A DNA stretch of 64,000 nucleotides. Origin: Rhodospirillales bacterium (GTDB lineage Bacteria; Pseudomonadota; Alphaproteobacteria; Rhodospirillales; Defluviicoccaceae). Of the stretch, positions 1-11,854 are shown piece by piece. Within the stretch, counting starts at the first letter, position 1. Every line of letters starts with the position of its first letter. The notes under the pieces were generated by a model, which saw nothing but the letters and a program-made list of their open reading frames with translations, was not told the origin of the DNA and made no database searches. The translations under genes and the position numbers were made by a program. Location: assembly GCA_007695045.1 (NCBI GenBank), contig REEP01000082.1:34510-98509 (forward strand). The letters are read 5' to 3'.

Positions 1-1006
1 GAACCTCGATCAGCGGGCGAGCCGACTCGTCGGCCACGCCGATCTCGGCCAGGACGGCCAGCACGTCCTGCTTCTGCTGGAGGGCTTCGGGATGGGCCGC
101 ATCGCGCACATGGAGGATGACGTCAGCCTCCGTCACCTCCTCCAGGGTGGCGTGGAACGCCTCCACAAGCTCGTGCGGCAGCTCGGAAATGAACCCCACG
201 GTGTCCGACAGGATCGCGACCTGGCCGGACGGCAGCGCCAGCCGACGCATGGTGGGATCCAGAGTCGCGAACAACTGGTCGCGCGCGCTCACCGCGGCAT
301 CGGTCAGGCGGTTGAACAGGGTCGATTTGCCGGCGTTGGTGTAGCCGACCAGGGCCACCACGGGGAACGGCACGCGCTGGCGGGCGCTGCGATGCAGGCT
401 GCGGGTGCGTTTGACCTCCGCCAGTTCCCGCTTCAGTCGGGTGATGCGCTCGGTGATCAGGCGCCGGTCGGTCTCGAGCTGGGATTCGCCGGGGCCGCCC
501 ATGAAGCCGAAGCCGCCGCGCTGGCGCTCCAGGTGGGTCCAAGACCGCACCAGCCGGCTTCGCTGATAGGTGAGCGCCGCCAGTTCCACCTGCAGCCGCC
601 CCTCGGCGGTGCGTGCCCGTTCGCCAAAAATCTCCAGAATGACGCCGGTGCGGTCGATCACCTTGGTCGCGAACGCCCGCTCCAGGTTGCGCTGCTGCAC
701 CGGCGACAGCGTGCCGTCCACGATCACGACGGCGATCGGTGCGTCCCTCTCCGCTTCCACATCCAGCCAGTCGCGCAGGCGGTCGACCGTGCCGGTCCCG
801 AACAGGGTCGCAGGCCGAGGGCTGGACACGCCGATCACCTCGGCATGGACGACCTCCAGACCGATGGCCTCGGCCAGCCCGACCGCTTCGGTAAGCCGTG
901 CCTCCGGCGACCGGCCGCCCTCCGTTCGCGCCCGACCGATGTCGGGGCGCAATACCGCGGCCCGTCCGGCCGGGTGGACGGATGAAGAAGCGGGCGTTTC
1001 AGCCAA
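1..1006 (-). CDS. hflX: GTPase HflX (N-terminal part of the protein; gene runs off the left edge)
   Basis: Reverse-strand translation read by hand gives PFPVVALVGYTNAGKSTLFNRLT (G1 P-loop) and VAILSDTVGFISELPHELVEAFHATLEEV. It lies directly downstream of hfq, the usual alphaproteobacterial order. It is absent from the ORF track because it is open at the window edge. The start is placed at a TTG near 1006 and is uncertain by a few codons. Confidence 0.9.
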   Translation of the reverse strand, partial: MAETPASSSVHPAGRAAVLRPDIGRARTEGGRSPEARLTEAVGLAEAIGLEVVHAEVIGVSSPRPATLFGTGTVDRLRDWLDVEAERDAPIAVVIVDGTLSPVQQRNLERAFATKVIDRTGVILEIFGERARTAEGRLQVELAALTYQRSRLVRSWTHLERQRGGFGFMGGPGESQLETDRRLITERITRLKRELAEVKRTRSLHRSARQRVPFPVVALVGYTNAGKSTLFNRLTDAAVSARDQLFATLDPTMRRLALPSGQVAILSDTVGFISELPHELVEAFHATLEEVTEADVILHVRDAAHPEALQQKQDVLAVLAEIGVADESARPLIEV

Positions 1007-1018
1007 CGCGGCCGAGCC

Positions 1019-1273
1019 TCACGCTTCCGCCACCGCCTCTCGATCCGGTTCGAACAACTGCACCTGAACGGACGGCATGACGGTGGAGATTGCGTGTTTG
1101 TACACAAGCTGCGTGTGGCCATCCCGCCGAAGGAGCAGTGAGAAATTGTCAAACCAAGTGACGATCCCCTGCAATTTTACGCCATTGACCAAGAAAACAG
1201 TCACGGGCGTTTTGTGTTTTCGGATGTAATTAAGAAAAACATCCTGCACGTTCTGTGATTTCTCTGATGACAT
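1019..1273 (-). CDS. hfq: RNA chaperone Hfq
   Basis: [65 protein letters not shown] is a canonical Sm1/Sm2 Hfq core. The ATG at 1273 has an AGAGGG RBS about 9 nt upstream. The ORF-track start at 1327 is an upstream extension. Confidence 0.95.
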   Translation of the reverse strand: MSSEKSQNVQDVFLNYIRKHKTPVTVFLVNGVKLQGIVTWFDNFSLLLRRDGHTQLVYKHAISTVMPSVQVQLFEPDREAVAEA

Positions 1274-1423
1274 GGTTGCCATCCCTCTTGTTATGGGCGG
1301 CGGCCGGTGATCTCGTAGCCCCTGCAATCGCGCCGCATTATGATCCCTGTCCGAACAATGTCTTGGACGTCAGGCTTGAGAACCATCGGACCAATCACGC
1401 TGGCAGGTTTGTTCTTGGACACC

Positions 1424-2101
1424 TTAGAGCGTCCTTAACAGATTGCAAAGCGCCAAGCAGCTTTCAACGTGAATTACCGGCGGAAAGCCTATGAATTCGT
1501 TTACATCGGGTGCCGTCTCCCGCAACAGAACCGACACACAACCCGCCCTGGCGGCGCATTCGATATCGATATCGGCATCCCCCACGAACCAGACCTCTGC
1601 CCCCGGCTGCACGTCGCTTCCGGCCAGGGCCAGATGCACCGGCACCGGCGACGGTTTGTCCTCAGCCGCATCGAACGCCCCGACGATGCGACCGAAATAG
1701 CGGTCCCAGCCCAGACGCGCGACCTCCTTTCGCAGATAGTCGCCCTTCTTGTTGCTGACAACGCCGAGGTAGAACCCGGCTTCGTGCAATGCCGCGAGCA
1801 TGGCTTCGGCTCCCTCCAGCGGCGCCAGCGCGTCCAGGTGACTGGCTTCGAAGCGGGCGTAGAAAACGGCCCCGGCTTCCTGCCAGCGCTCTCCGAACAG
1901 AGCGGGGTAGCTGTCCCGCATGGAGCCGCGAACCCGGCGTCGCGTCTCCTCCAGGGTCCAAGCCTGCATGCCGAAGTGGGCGAAGGTATGGTTCTGCGCG
2001 TCGTGAATGGCGGCCCAGCTGTCGATCAGGGTGTTGTCCCAATCGAACAGGATTGCGGCCGGCCGGCTCAGGCCGAGGGCAATCGGCGATCCGGCCGTCA
2101 C
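1424..2101 (-). CDS. HAD-superfamily hydrolase (phosphatase-like)
   Basis: Has HAD motif I (ILFDWDNTLIDS) and motif IV-like (VWFVGDADIDIECA). The GTG start overlaps the stop of the upstream aminotransferase (GTGA). Confidence 0.8.
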   Translation of the reverse strand: MTAGSPIALGLSRPAAILFDWDNTLIDSWAAIHDAQNHTFAHFGMQAWTLEETRRRVRGSMRDSYPALFGERWQEAGAVFYARFEASHLDALAPLEGAEAMLAALHEAGFYLGVVSNKKGDYLRKEVARLGWDRYFGRIVGAFDAAEDKPSPVPVHLALAGSDVQPGAEVWFVGDADIDIECAARAGCVSVLLRETAPDVNEFIGFPPVIHVESCLALCNLLRTL

Positions 2102-3000
2102 GTGGCGGCTCCGACGTCCGTGGTCCGGGCCGGCCGCGGCGCCGGCGGCGCCGACCGCACATGCTCCAGATAGAATGTGAGGAGCCGTTCCGTCAGCGGC
2201 CCGATCCGGCCGTCGTTGATGACCGCATCGTCGATGCGCACCACGGGGCGCACCAGCGACGTGGTGCTGGTCAGAAACGCCTCGGCGGCAGTGCGCGCCT
2301 CCTCAAGCGTGAAAGGCCGCTCCACCGGTCGGATCCCGTGCTCGGCTGCAATGGCGTGCACCATGCGCCGGGTGATTCCATTGAGAATGGCGTGGTCCGC
2401 CTGCCGGGTCACCAGGTCGCCGGCCGCCGTCACGATCCATGCATTGGAAGCGGTCCCCTCCGTGACGCGGCCGGTCTCATCCACCATCCAGGCCTCATAG
2501 GCGCCCGCCCGGACCGCCGCCTCCTTGCCCAGGACATTAGGCAGCAGCGACACCGACTTGATGTCCGCGCGCTTCCAGCGCAGGTCCGGCACCGTCACCA
2601 CGCGGACACCGGCACGGACCACGGCCGCGTCGATCGCCGGCAGCGGCCGCGCCGTCAACACCAGGCTCGGCGGCACATCCGCCGGAAAGGCGTGATTGCG
2701 CGGCGCCACGCCTCGGGTGACCTGCAGGTAAACGATGCCCCGGGCGGTGATCCGGTTCCGGCGCACCACTTCCCGCATCACCACCTTGAGCGCCGCCCGC
2801 GACATCGGCCAGGCGATTGCCAGTTCGGCGAGGGAATAGTCGAGGCGATCCAGGTGCAGGGCTTCGTCGACCGGTGCGCCGGCCTCGATCGCGATGACCT
2901 CGTAGACCCCGTCGGCGAACTGGTAGCCGCGGTCTTCCACGTGGACGGACGGCCGATCAAGCGGCACGTAGCGGCCGTTGACGTACGCAACCCGGCTCAT
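2098..3000 (-). CDS. Class IV (D-amino-acid / branched-chain) aminotransferase
   Basis: The N-terminus MSRVAYVNGRYVPLDRPSVHVEDRGYQFADGVYEVI and the ...TEGTASNAWIV... motif are typical of fold-type IV PLP aminotransferases. Confidence 0.85.
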   Translation of the reverse strand: MSRVAYVNGRYVPLDRPSVHVEDRGYQFADGVYEVIAIEAGAPVDEALHLDRLDYSLAELAIAWPMSRAALKVVMREVVRRNRITARGIVYLQVTRGVAPRNHAFPADVPPSLVLTARPLPAIDAAVVRAGVRVVTVPDLRWKRADIKSVSLLPNVLGKEAAVRAGAYEAWMVDETGRVTEGTASNAWIVTAAGDLVTRQADHAILNGITRRMVHAIAAEHGIRPVERPFTLEEARTAAEAFLTSTTSLVRPVVRIDDAVINDGRIGPLTERLLTFYLEHVRSAPPAPRPARTTDVGAAT

Positions 3001-3048
3001 GGTCCCGGCCCTGCCCTGCTGTCCTCGGCGCGCACCGACACGGCCCGC

Positions 3049-4425
3049 TCAGAAGTACTCAAGCCGGACGGAGAACAGCTTCTCCACCCGGCGGACGCTG
3101 CCCGGATCGGCGAACAGGACCACCCGATCGCCGGCTTGAATGACCGTGGTTCCCCGCGGCGAAATCACCCGGCCGCCGCGGACGATGGCACCGATCATGA
3201 CGCCGTCCGGCAGGTCCGTTTCACGCAGCGGAGTGCTCACCAAACCCGATGTTTCCAATGCCTCCGCCTCGATCAGTTCGCCGAAACCCTCCCTCAGGGT
3301 GTGAACCGAATGGATGCGGCCGCGACGGACATGCTGAAGGATGGTCGAGACCGTGATGTTGCGGGGACTGACCACGACGTCCAGTCCGAGGGTGGCGATC
3401 AGCGGTGTGTAGATGCCCTTGTTCAGAAGCGAAATGGCCCGCTTGGCGCCGTAGCGCTTGGCCAGCATCGCAGAGAGGATGTTGGCCTCGTCATCGTTGG
3501 TCACCGCGACCACGGTATCGGTGGAATCGACGTCCGCTTCCTCCAGGATCTCCGGATCGAGGACATCCCCCTGCAGGACCACGGTGCGGTCAAGCAGGCT
3601 CGCCACCAGGGCGGCCCGATCGGGATCCCGTTCGATGATCTTGGCATTGACCCACGCGTAATCCCGTTCGATCGTCTGGGCCAGGAGCAAGGCGATGTTG
3701 CCGCCGCCGCAGATCAGCAACCGCCGCGCATCCGGTTCTTCATGGCCGAATGCCGCCATGCAGCGCGGCACCTCCTCGGTCTCGGCCACAAAGTAGACGT
3801 CGTCGCCCACCATCAGTTCGGTGGCGCCGCCCAGGCGGACAGCCCGTTCGTTCCGGACCACGCCCACGACCACCATGTTGAGATCCGGGAACAACTGGGC
3901 AAGCTGTTTGATCGGGGTGTTCACGACCGGGCAGTTCTCTTCGCAGCGGACTCCCAGCAGCCGCACCTTGTCTTCCACCAGCGGGATCATCTCGAACGCG
4001 CCGGGCACCTCGAGCCGACGTGCCACCGCCCGCGCCACCTCCACTTCCGGCGAGATGATCATGTCGATCGGCAAGTGATCGCGGGAAAACAGATTGGCCC
4101 AGACGGGCTGCAGGTAGCTCTGGTGCCGGATGCGGGCGATCTTGGTCGGCACTTCGAACAGTGAGTGGGCGACCTGGCAGGCGACCATGTTGATCTCGTC
4201 GGTATAGGTCACGGCGATGATCATGTCGGCGTCTTCGGCACCCGCCCGCTTCAGGGTGTCGGGGTGAGCGCCGTGGCCGACGACGCCTTGGGCATCGAGA
4301 GTGTCGTTGACCCGGCGGACCAGCTCGGGCGAGCGGTCGACCACCGTCACCGCGTTGTTTTCCGTGGCCAGATGACGAGCGATGGTGAAGCCCACCTCGC
4401 CCGCACCGCAGACGATGATGTTCAT
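3049..4425 (-). CDS. trkA: Trk potassium uptake system NAD-binding protein TrkA
   Basis: Starts MNIIVCGAGEVGFTIARHL (Rossmann GxGxxG) and has a second copy, RRLLICGGGNIALLLAQ, giving the duplicated TrkA-N/TrkA-C architecture in 458 aa. The ORF-track start at 4680 is an upstream extension overlapping ntrX. Confidence 0.9.
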   Translation of the reverse strand: MNIIVCGAGEVGFTIARHLATENNAVTVVDRSPELVRRVNDTLDAQGVVGHGAHPDTLKRAGAEDADMIIAVTYTDEINMVACQVAHSLFEVPTKIARIRHQSYLQPVWANLFSRDHLPIDMIISPEVEVARAVARRLEVPGAFEMIPLVEDKVRLLGVRCEENCPVVNTPIKQLAQLFPDLNMVVVGVVRNERAVRLGGATELMVGDDVYFVAETEEVPRCMAAFGHEEPDARRLLICGGGNIALLLAQTIERDYAWVNAKIIERDPDRAALVASLLDRTVVLQGDVLDPEILEEADVDSTDTVVAVTNDDEANILSAMLAKRYGAKRAISLLNKGIYTPLIATLGLDVVVSPRNITVSTILQHVRRGRIHSVHTLREGFGELIEAEALETSGLVSTPLRETDLPDGVMIGAIVRGGRVISPRGTTVIQAGDRVVLFADPGSVRRVEKLFSVRLEYF

Positions 4426-4480
4426 TGGAATATGCGGATCGTTGCCATAAAAGAGCCGGGCGGTGTCGCCGCGAGGATCA

Positions 4481-5908
4481 TCATGCGCCCGGACCCTTGG
4501 ATTTTTCTTCGGTCTGGATGCCGAGGGTCTTGAGCTTGCGGTGAAGGGCCGACCGCTCCATGCCGACGAAGGCGGCCGTGCGCGAGATGTTGCCGCCGAA
4601 ACGGGTGACCTGAGCCAGCAGATACTCGCGCTCGAAAATCTCGCGCGCGTCGCGCAACGGCAAGGCCATGATCTCGGCACTGTTTTCGGGACGGCGGGCG
4701 GCCGAGAAGTGGGCTTCCAGCTCCGGCGGCAGCATGTCGGCGCGGATCGGATCGTCCGCCTCCCCCGGCGCCATGATCAGCAATCGTTCGATAATGTTGC
4801 GCAGTTCGCGCACGTTGCCGGGCCAGTCGTGCGCCTGAAGCGCGGCCATGGCGTCATCGCTCAGGCGGCGCGCCCGATGCCCCGACGCCTCCGCCGCCCG
4901 TTCCATGAAATGGGTGGCAAGCACCGGGATGTCGTCGCGCCGCTCCGTCAGCGACGGCACCTTGAGCGGCACGACACTCAGGCGATAGAACAGATCCTCG
5001 CGGAAGCGTCCGGCGCGGATTTCTTCCGTCAGGTCCCGGGTGGTCGCCGCGATCACCCGGACGTCGACGTCCACCCGGGTGGTGCCGCCGACGCGTTCGA
5101 ACACCTGCTCCTGCAGCAGACGGACGATCTTGCCCTGGGTTTCAAGCGGCATGTCGGCGACACCGTCCAGGAACAGGGTGCCTTTGTGCGCCGCCTCGAA
5201 CACGCCGATCTTGCGCGGGGAGCCGCCGCCATCGGCCGGCGCTTCCACGCCGAACAGTTCCGTCTCCATGCGATCCGGCGCCATCGACGCACAATTGACC
5301 ACGACGAACGGCCCCTGGGCACGCAGCGAGCGGGCGTGCAGAAGCCGGGCTACGACCTCCTTGCCGGAGCCTGCGGGCCCGGTGATCAGGACCCGGCTGT
5401 TGGTCGGCGCCACCCTTTCGATGGCTTGGCGCAGCTGGTTGACCGCGCTCGACTGTCCGATCAGTGTGCTGTCCGCGCCGAACCGAACCCGTAATTCCTC
5501 GTTTTCCCGGCGCAGGCGCGAGGCTTCGATGGCGCGCTGCGTCACCAGAATCAGCCGATCGGCCTTGAACGGCTTCTCGATGAAGTCGTACGCGCCGAGC
5601 TTGATGGCCTGGACCGCCGTCTCCACCGTGCCGTGGCCGCTCATGATCACGACCGGCAGCGCCGGATGCTCCTTCTTGAGTTGCGCCAACAGTCCGAGAC
5701 CGTCGAGACGGCTGCCCTGCAGCCAGATATCCAGCAGCACCAGGGTGGGTCGGCGCAACTCGATGGCGGCGACGGCCGCGTCGCTGTCATGGGCCTCGCG
5801 AGAGGCGAAGCCCTCGTCGTCCAGGATGCCGGAGACGAGATCACAGATATCCGCTTCGTCATCGACGATCAGGATGTCTTCGGCCTTAAGTCGCTTGGTG
5901 TTCGACAT
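4481..5908 (-). CDS. ntrX: Sigma-54-type response regulator NtrX
   Basis: Receiver domain (ILIVDDEADICDLV...LLDIWL), AAA+ domain (ITGPAGSGKEVVAR, GAFTGA-like region) and a C-terminal HTH. It sits after ntrY. Confidence 0.9.
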   Translation of the reverse strand: MSNTKRLKAEDILIVDDEADICDLVSGILDDEGFASREAHDSDAAVAAIELRRPTLVLLDIWLQGSRLDGLGLLAQLKKEHPALPVVIMSGHGTVETAVQAIKLGAYDFIEKPFKADRLILVTQRAIEASRLRRENEELRVRFGADSTLIGQSSAVNQLRQAIERVAPTNSRVLITGPAGSGKEVVARLLHARSLRAQGPFVVVNCASMAPDRMETELFGVEAPADGGGSPRKIGVFEAAHKGTLFLDGVADMPLETQGKIVRLLQEQVFERVGGTTRVDVDVRVIAATTRDLTEEIRAGRFREDLFYRLSVVPLKVPSLTERRDDIPVLATHFMERAAEASGHRARRLSDDAMAALQAHDWPGNVRELRNIIERLLIMAPGEADDPIRADMLPPELEAHFSAARRPENSAEIMALPLRDAREIFEREYLLAQVTRFGGNISRTAAFVGMERSALHRKLKTLGIQTEEKSKGPGA

Positions 5909-5922
5909 GGCGGTTCAACAGC

Positions 5923-8292
5923 TCATGCGGATGCGATGCGTGCCGGCTTCCGGTCGGCGATGCCGGCGTGATCGGTGGCGGCTGATGCGGTCTGCCCGGA
6001 TGGTTCTGCCCCCTGGAAGATGATCCTGACCCGGGTTCCCCCTTCCGGGCGATCCTCGAAGGTGAGATCCGCGCTGTGATCTTCGGCGATTTTCTTGACG
6101 ATGGCGAGGCCAAGACCGGTTCCCTTGGCCCGGGTGGTGACATAGGGCTCCGTGATGCGGTCGCGCAATTCCATCGGCAGACCCCGGCCGTTGTCATCCA
6201 CGGAGACGGCAATCCGTTCGGGTCCGTCGCTCCCGCTGCCGGTCAACCGCTCGATGCCGACCACGACCCGCCCCGGTTCCGGCCGCCCCGGATGGGACGC
6301 CGACTTGCCCCCGTCCTCGCCGGTCCGGCCGTCAACCAGGTTGCCAGCGTCGGCGCTGCTGCCCCGTTCCTCGACCGCTTCCGCCGCGTTCTTGAGCACA
6401 TTGGTCAACGCCTGGGCGATCTGCCGGCCGTCGCAGACCACGACGACGTCATCCGACGGCATTACCGCATCGAAGCGGATGTGCGGATTGCGGCTGCGTT
6501 CAAGAAACACCGCCTGGCGCACCAGTTCGCTGAGATTCTCGGGCTTCAGGTCGGGACGCGGCATCCGGGCAAACGATGAAAACTCGTCGACCATGCGGCG
6601 AATATCCTCGACCCGGCGGATGATCGTTCCGGTGCAGGCCTTGAACGTGTCCGCATCGGTGACGATGTCGCGCTGATACTTCCGCTGCAGGCGCTCCGCC
6701 GCCAGTTGGATTGGCGTCAACGGATTCTTGATCTCGTGGGCGATCCGGCGGGCGACGTCGGCCCACGCCGCCTTACGCTGGGCGGAAACCAGTGCGGTGA
6801 TATCGTCCAGTGTGACCACGTAACCGAACACCTCGCCATCCACCCGTTCGGCCACCACCCGGGCGATCAGGGTGCGCGGTCCGTCCTCCCGCATCGGCCG
6901 GATTTCCGCCTCGTGGGTGCGGTCCGGCTGACTGATCGCCAGGTCCAGCAGTTCACGCATCTCCGGTGCGACGTCCTTCAACGGCCGCCCGATCTCCGCC
7001 GACAGATCGGTATGCAGCAGCACCGATGCCGACCGGTTGGGCAGATTGATCAGACCGTCACGGTCCAGCCCGACAACCCCCGCAGAGACGCCGCTCAACA
7101 CCGTTTCGGTGAAGCGCCGGCGATCATCCAGCTGGCGATTGGCGACCACGAGGCTCTGGCGCTGGCTTTCCAACTGACCGGTCATGCGGTTGAACGCGCG
7201 CCCCAGGGTATCCAGTTCCTCCACCGAATTGGTCGTGTCGACACGCACGCCAAGGTCGCCCTTGCGGATGCGGTCGGCGGCGGCGATGAGGTGGCTCACC
7301 GGCTTGGAAATCTGGGTTGCCAGGGCGAGCCCGGTCCAGGCAGCCGCCATCAGCAGAAGCAACGCCACGACCACGAAAATCATCACGAAGGTGATCAGGA
7401 TCCCCTCGCGCTGCTGTTCCAGGTGCTGGTACTGGCTCACGGCATCGCTGGTGCGCTCGATGTTGCCCAGCACCTCGGGGTCGATGAAGCGGCCCACCAC
7501 AAGGTACGCATCGATGAATCGGTTGAGACGGACCACCGCCCGGACGCGGCTGGCGGTCTCGTCGCTGATCACCGCGACCTGTCCCTGGGCGGCGCGTTCG
7601 ATGGTGTTGCGCGGCACCAGATCCAGTTCCAGGCTGAGGCTGAGCGGCGTTCGCGCCAGCACCCGGGCATTGCTGTCCACCACCAGCGCTTCCGGCAGCG
7701 AGCGCAGATCCGCCTGCTCGGACAGGGCCATGCTGAACAGGTCGGGGTTGGCCATCAGCACGGGGGCATCGCGATTGAGGTCGTTGGCCAGCGCCAGCGC
7801 TTCGGCGACAATGCTTTTCTGGTGTTCCTCCAGGTAGGCTTCCGCGACCGCATTGGAGGCGATCACCGCGGTCCGCACCCGTTCGCTGAACCACGCCTGC
7901 AAACCGAAATTGAGGAAGAGCGCCGAAAACACCGCCACCAGGATCGCCGGTGTGACCGCCACCAAGCTGAACATCAGCACGAGGCGCACATGCAGTCCGG
8001 CACCCGCCAGCCCGCGGCGACGCTCGGCCCAGGCCTTGACCACCTGGAACGCAACCAAAGCCCCCAGCATCAGCAGAAGGCTCAGGTCCAGCAGCAGAAG
8101 CGCCACCAGAACGCCACGCCGTTCGCCGGGATCGATGGTGCCGGTCCACACGGCCACCGTCGCGGTGCCGGAGGCCACGGCGGCGACGGCCAGGAACTGC
8201 GCCGTCTTGCGGTAGAAACCGACCCGCCGAGACCATGCCAGCAGATGGTTCCAACGCCGCCGCGATTCGGGAAAGGCTGCGGAGACCGTCAC
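5923..8292 (-). CDS. ntrY: Sensor histidine kinase NtrY
   Basis: N-terminal TM helices, HAMP, PAS, an H-box ([17 protein letters not shown]) and a HATPase_c domain (G-boxes [12 protein letters not shown]). The GTG start overlaps the ntrC stop. Confidence 0.9.
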   Translation of the reverse strand: MTVSAAFPESRRRWNHLLAWSRRVGFYRKTAQFLAVAAVASGTATVAVWTGTIDPGERRGVLVALLLLDLSLLLMLGALVAFQVVKAWAERRRGLAGAGLHVRLVLMFSLVAVTPAILVAVFSALFLNFGLQAWFSERVRTAVIASNAVAEAYLEEHQKSIVAEALALANDLNRDAPVLMANPDLFSMALSEQADLRSLPEALVVDSNARVLARTPLSLSLELDLVPRNTIERAAQGQVAVISDETASRVRAVVRLNRFIDAYLVVGRFIDPEVLGNIERTSDAVSQYQHLEQQREGILITFVMIFVVVALLLLMAAAWTGLALATQISKPVSHLIAAADRIRKGDLGVRVDTTNSVEELDTLGRAFNRMTGQLESQRQSLVVANRQLDDRRRFTETVLSGVSAGVVGLDRDGLINLPNRSASVLLHTDLSAEIGRPLKDVAPEMRELLDLAISQPDRTHEAEIRPMREDGPRTLIARVVAERVDGEVFGYVVTLDDITALVSAQRKAAWADVARRIAHEIKNPLTPIQLAAERLQRKYQRDIVTDADTFKACTGTIIRRVEDIRRMVDEFSSFARMPRPDLKPENLSELVRQAVFLERSRNPHIRFDAVMPSDDVVVVCDGRQIAQALTNVLKNAAEAVEERGSSADAGNLVDGRTGEDGGKSASHPGRPEPGRVVVGIERLTGSGSDGPERIAVSVDDNGRGLPMELRDRITEPYVTTRAKGTGLGLAIVKKIAEDHSADLTFEDRPEGGTRVRIIFQGAEPSGQTASAATDHAGIADRKPARIASA

Positions 8293-9731
8293 TTGCTGCC
8301 TCCTCGCACCACCGGAATACTGAGTTCCCGAATCTTCTTCCTGAGCGTGTTGCGGTTCAAGCCCAGGATCTCGGCGGCGCGAATCTGATTGCCACGGGTT
8401 GCCTCCAGCGTGAGAGACAGGAGCGGCCGTTCCACCTCCCGCATCACCCGATCGAACAGGCCGGGCGCGGGCAGGCCGTCGCCATGGGCACTGAAGTAGG
8501 TCTTGAGGTGCCGTTCCACCGAGTGGCCGAGGCCGTCCCCTTCCGGTTCCGATGGCGGCGGCGCGGTATCCGCCAGTTCCAGCTCGATGGTGTCCAGTCC
8601 GATCACGTCTTCGGAATGCAGGGCCGCCAGGCGGCGCACCAGGTTTTCCAGCTCGCGAATGTTGCCGGGCCAGCGATAGCTGCGCAGCCGGTTCATCGCC
8701 GCCTGATCGAGGATTTTGGCCGGCAACCCCTCCTCCGCCGCCTTGGCGAGGAAATGGCGGACCAGTTCCGGAATATCCGACGTGCGTTCGCGCAGCGGCG
8801 GCACCCGGATCGGCACAACATTGAGCCGGAAATACAGGTCTTCGCGGAACTGACCCTGGCGGATCAGGTGGCTGAGGTCGCGGTGCGTCGCCGCCACGAT
8901 CCGCACGTTGGCCCGAATCGGCGTGCGGCCGCCGACGGTCGTATATTCTCCCTCCTGAAGCACCCGCAACAGACGGGTTTGCGCCTCGGGCGGCATGTCA
9001 CCGATTTCGTCCAGGAACAGGGTGCCGCCATCCGCCTGTTCGAAGCGGCCGGTGCTGCGATGGGTGGCGCCGGTGAAGGCACCTTTCTCGTGGCCGAACA
9101 GTTCGCTTTCGATCAGTTCACGCGGGATCGCTGCCATGTTGATGGCAACGAAAGCCCCGTCCCGCCGCTTGCCGTAGGTATGAAGCGCGCGTGCCACCAG
9201 TTCCTTGCCGGTGCCCGATTCGCCGGTGATCAGGACGGTCAGGTCGGTGCCCATCAGCCGCGCCAGGGTCCGGTAGATTTCCTGCATGGCCGGTGACCGG
9301 CCGATCAGCGGCAACCCCTCATCCTGCTGCATAAGGTCTTCGGGGCTTGCTGCCGGTGCGCTTTTCACCGGCTCCAGCGCACGCCGAACCACAGCCAGCA
9401 GCTCGTTGAGATCGAAGGGCTTCGGGAGGTATTCGAAGGCTCCGCGCTCGGTCGCCTTGACGGCCGTGAGCAGGGTGCTCTGGGCGCTCATCACCACCAC
9501 CTTCAGCTCCGGGCGGATTTTGCGGATGCGCGGGATCAGGTCGAGCCCGTTCTCGTCCGGCATCAATACGTCGGTGATGACCACGTCGCCCTGGCCGTCG
9601 GCAACCCATCGCCACAAGGTCGCGGCGTTGCTTGTGGCGCGGACCTGGAAGCCGCCGCGTTCCAGCGCGGCGCTCACCACAGTCCGGATACCCGGATCGT
9701 CGTCGGCAACCAGCACCACGGCGTCGTTCAC
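8289..9731 (-). CDS. ntrC: Nitrogen regulation protein NtrC (NR-I)
   Basis: Receiver domain ([13 protein letters not shown]...DVLMPDENG), sigma-54 interaction domain ([23 protein letters not shown]) and a Fis-type HTH ([22 protein letters not shown]). Confidence 0.92.
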   Translation of the reverse strand: MNDAVVLVADDDPGIRTVVSAALERGGFQVRATSNAATLWRWVADGQGDVVITDVLMPDENGLDLIPRIRKIRPELKVVVMSAQSTLLTAVKATERGAFEYLPKPFDLNELLAVVRRALEPVKSAPAASPEDLMQQDEGLPLIGRSPAMQEIYRTLARLMGTDLTVLITGESGTGKELVARALHTYGKRRDGAFVAINMAAIPRELIESELFGHEKGAFTGATHRSTGRFEQADGGTLFLDEIGDMPPEAQTRLLRVLQEGEYTTVGGRTPIRANVRIVAATHRDLSHLIRQGQFREDLYFRLNVVPIRVPPLRERTSDIPELVRHFLAKAAEEGLPAKILDQAAMNRLRSYRWPGNIRELENLVRRLAALHSEDVIGLDTIELELADTAPPPSEPEGDGLGHSVERHLKTYFSAHGDGLPAPGLFDRVMREVERPLLSLTLEATRGNQIRAAEILGLNRNTLRKKIRELSIPVVRGGSK

Positions 9732-10846
9732 GCCCCCTCCTCCGCCGACGGCACCATCGGCAGCATGACGCGGAAGACCGTCCGTTTCGGCTGACTCTGG
9801 AACTCGATCACGCCGCCATGATCGCCGATGATCTTGGCGACCAGCGCCAGGCCGAGCCCGCTGCCGCGCGGCTTGGAGGTGACGAACGGGTCGAACAGAT
9901 GCGGTCTCAGGTCTTCCGGGATCCCTTCGCCGTTGTCCTGGACGCTGACCATCAGCGGCAGGTGCACCCGCGACCGCCGCCCCGGGACGGCGAAGCGGAC
10001 GCCATGCCAGTAGGCGGTAGTCATGACCAGTTCACCGCCGGGGTCGGGAGCCGCCTCGGCGGCGTTCTTGACCAGATTGAGGAACACCTGAGTCAACTGA
10101 TCGCGGTTGCCATAGACCGGCGGCAGCGACGGGTCGTAGCTTTCGACCACGTGGAGGTGGCGCCCGAAACTGCTCTTGGCCAACATCAGGACGCGATTGA
10201 GCACCTCGTGAATGTTCACACCCTCGCGCTGCAACGGACCGGTGGCCGAGAACACTTCCATGCGGTCGACCAGGGCACAGACGCGGTCCGCCTCCTCGCG
10301 AATCAGGCGGGTCAGGGGGCGATCGGCCGGTTCCACGCTCTGCTCCAGCAACTGGGCCGCCCCCCGGATCCCGGACACCGGGTTCTTCACCTCGTGTGCC
10401 AGCATCGCCGCCAGCGCGGTGACCGACCGGGCGGCGCCACGATGGGTCAACTGCCGGTCGATCTTGGCCGCGATCGACTGCTCTTGCAGATTGATCACGA
10501 CATAGCCCGCCAGTTCGGCGATGGGACACGCCTGGACGTTGACGAAATGATGGCCGACGCGCGGGCTCGACAGCGTGACATGGTATTCGGTGACGGGATG
10601 GCCGGCCTCCCGCGCCTGTCGGATGAGAGCGAACAGCGGACTGTCCGCCGGCAGCATGTCATCCAGTCTCTGCCCCTTCAAATACGCCGCGCTGCCCTGA
10701 AAGAACTGTTCGCCGGCCGTGTTGACGTGCACGATAGCGAGTTCCGGATCGACCACGGCGACCACATGCGCCAGGGCGTTGAGCACCGCGTCGGCATCGA
10801 TCGCGGTCCCCGCCGCCCGGCGAAGCTTGATGACACTCTTCTTCAT
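9728..10846 (-). CDS. ntrB: Nitrogen regulation sensor kinase NtrB (NR-II)
   Basis: PAS domain, an H-box ([19 protein letters not shown]) and a HATPase domain ([13 protein letters not shown]). It lies between dusB and ntrC. Confidence 0.9.
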   Translation of the reverse strand: MKKSVIKLRRAAGTAIDADAVLNALAHVVAVVDPELAIVHVNTAGEQFFQGSAAYLKGQRLDDMLPADSPLFALIRQAREAGHPVTEYHVTLSSPRVGHHFVNVQACPIAELAGYVVINLQEQSIAAKIDRQLTHRGAARSVTALAAMLAHEVKNPVSGIRGAAQLLEQSVEPADRPLTRLIREEADRVCALVDRMEVFSATGPLQREGVNIHEVLNRVLMLAKSSFGRHLHVVESYDPSLPPVYGNRDQLTQVFLNLVKNAAEAAPDPGGELVMTTAYWHGVRFAVPGRRSRVHLPLMVSVQDNGEGIPEDLRPHLFDPFVTSKPRGSGLGLALVAKIIGDHGGVIEFQSQPKRTVFRVMLPMVPSAEEGA

Positions 10847-10855
10847 CGGGTCTGA

Positions 10856-11854
10856 TCAGGCCGCCGCACGATCGACAAGCGGGGTGAAAAAGTCCCGGAT
10901 GCCGGCCATCGCCCGGTCCGGGTCATCGATGCGCATGATCGCAGCGCGGAAGCCGGCACCGCCGGGCAGACCTTTGGAATACCATCCCACATGCTTGCGG
11001 GCGGCACGCATGCCGGCCTGCTTGCCATAATGCTCCAGCATCCCTCGATAGTGCGCTAACAACGTTTCCATTTTTTCCGTCAACGTCGGTTCCGGCGAGG
11101 CTTGGCCGGTGGCCAGGAAATCGATCGCCTGGCGCAGCAGCCAGGGCCGCCCGTAGGCGCCGCGCCCGATCATCACGCCGTCGGCGCCGGATGTGCGCAG
11201 GATCTGGTCCGCTTCCTCCGGCGTGGTGACGTCGCCGTTGGCGATGACGGGGATCGAGATCGCTTCCTTGACGCGTCGGATGAAGGCCCAGTCCGCGCGC
11301 CCTTGATAGAACTGGCACCGGGTGCGTCCGTGTACCGTCACGGCCTGGACACCGCAACCCTCGGCGATGCGGGCCAGTTCCGGGGCATTGCGGGTCCGGT
11401 CGTCCCAGCCGGTCCGCATTTTCAAGGTCACCGGAACGTCCACCGCTGCGACCACCGCGGCCATGATGTCGCGGGCCAGCCCCTCCTCCCGCATCAGGGC
11501 GGCACCGGCGTCGCCCTTGACCACCTTCTTCACCGGACACCCCATGTTGATGTCGATGATGGCGGCCCCGTGGTCCCGGCACAGACGCGCCGCCTCGGCC
11601 ATGACGTGAGGCTCGCAGCCGGCCAGTTGCACCGCAACGGGCTGGGCCTCGGCCGGGCCCGCACCGCGCCGGAGGGTCTTGGCCGCGGCATGGATCATGG
11701 CCTTGCTGGCGATCATCTCGGACACCACCATGCCGGCACCATAGGTGCCGACGATCCGCCGGAAAGGCAGGTCGGTCACACCCGACATGGGCGCCAGGAT
11801 CACGGGGGCGTCGAGCGCCACGGTGCCGATACGGAGCGGCATGGTCGATCCCAT
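10856..11854 (-). CDS. dusB: tRNA-dihydrouridine synthase DusB (NifR3)
   Basis: Has ...[16 protein letters not shown]...[10 protein letters not shown]...TVHGRTR..., a Dus family TIM barrel. It is the first gene of the nifR3-ntrBC operon. An alternative ATG at 11842 is possible. Confidence 0.9.
   Translation of the reverse strand: MGSTMPLRIGTVALDAPVILAPMSGVTDLPFRRIVGTYGAGMVVSEMIASKAMIHAAAKTLRRGAGPAEAQPVAVQLAGCEPHVMAEAARLCRDHGAAIIDINMGCPVKKVVKGDAGAALMREEGLARDIMAAVVAAVDVPVTLKMRTGWDDRTRNAPELARIAEGCGVQAVTVHGRTRCQFYQGRADWAFIRRVKEAISIPVIANGDVTTPEEADQILRTSGADGVMIGRGAYGRPWLLRQAIDFLATGQASPEPTLTEKMETLLAHYRGMLEHYGKQAGMRAARKHVGWYSKGLPGGAGFRAAIMRIDDPDRAMAGIRDFFTPLVDRAAA

Noticed and set aside
1789-4164. 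791-aa plus-strand ORF spanning the HAD, aminotransferase and trkA loci
   Set aside because: Arg/Pro/Gly-rich nonsense typical of a shadow frame in high-GC DNA. The opposite strand encodes three recognisable proteins.
6706-8388. 560-aa plus-strand ORF antisense to ntrY
   Set aside because: Shadow ORF with no motifs and biased low-complexity composition. ntrY on the minus strand is unambiguous.
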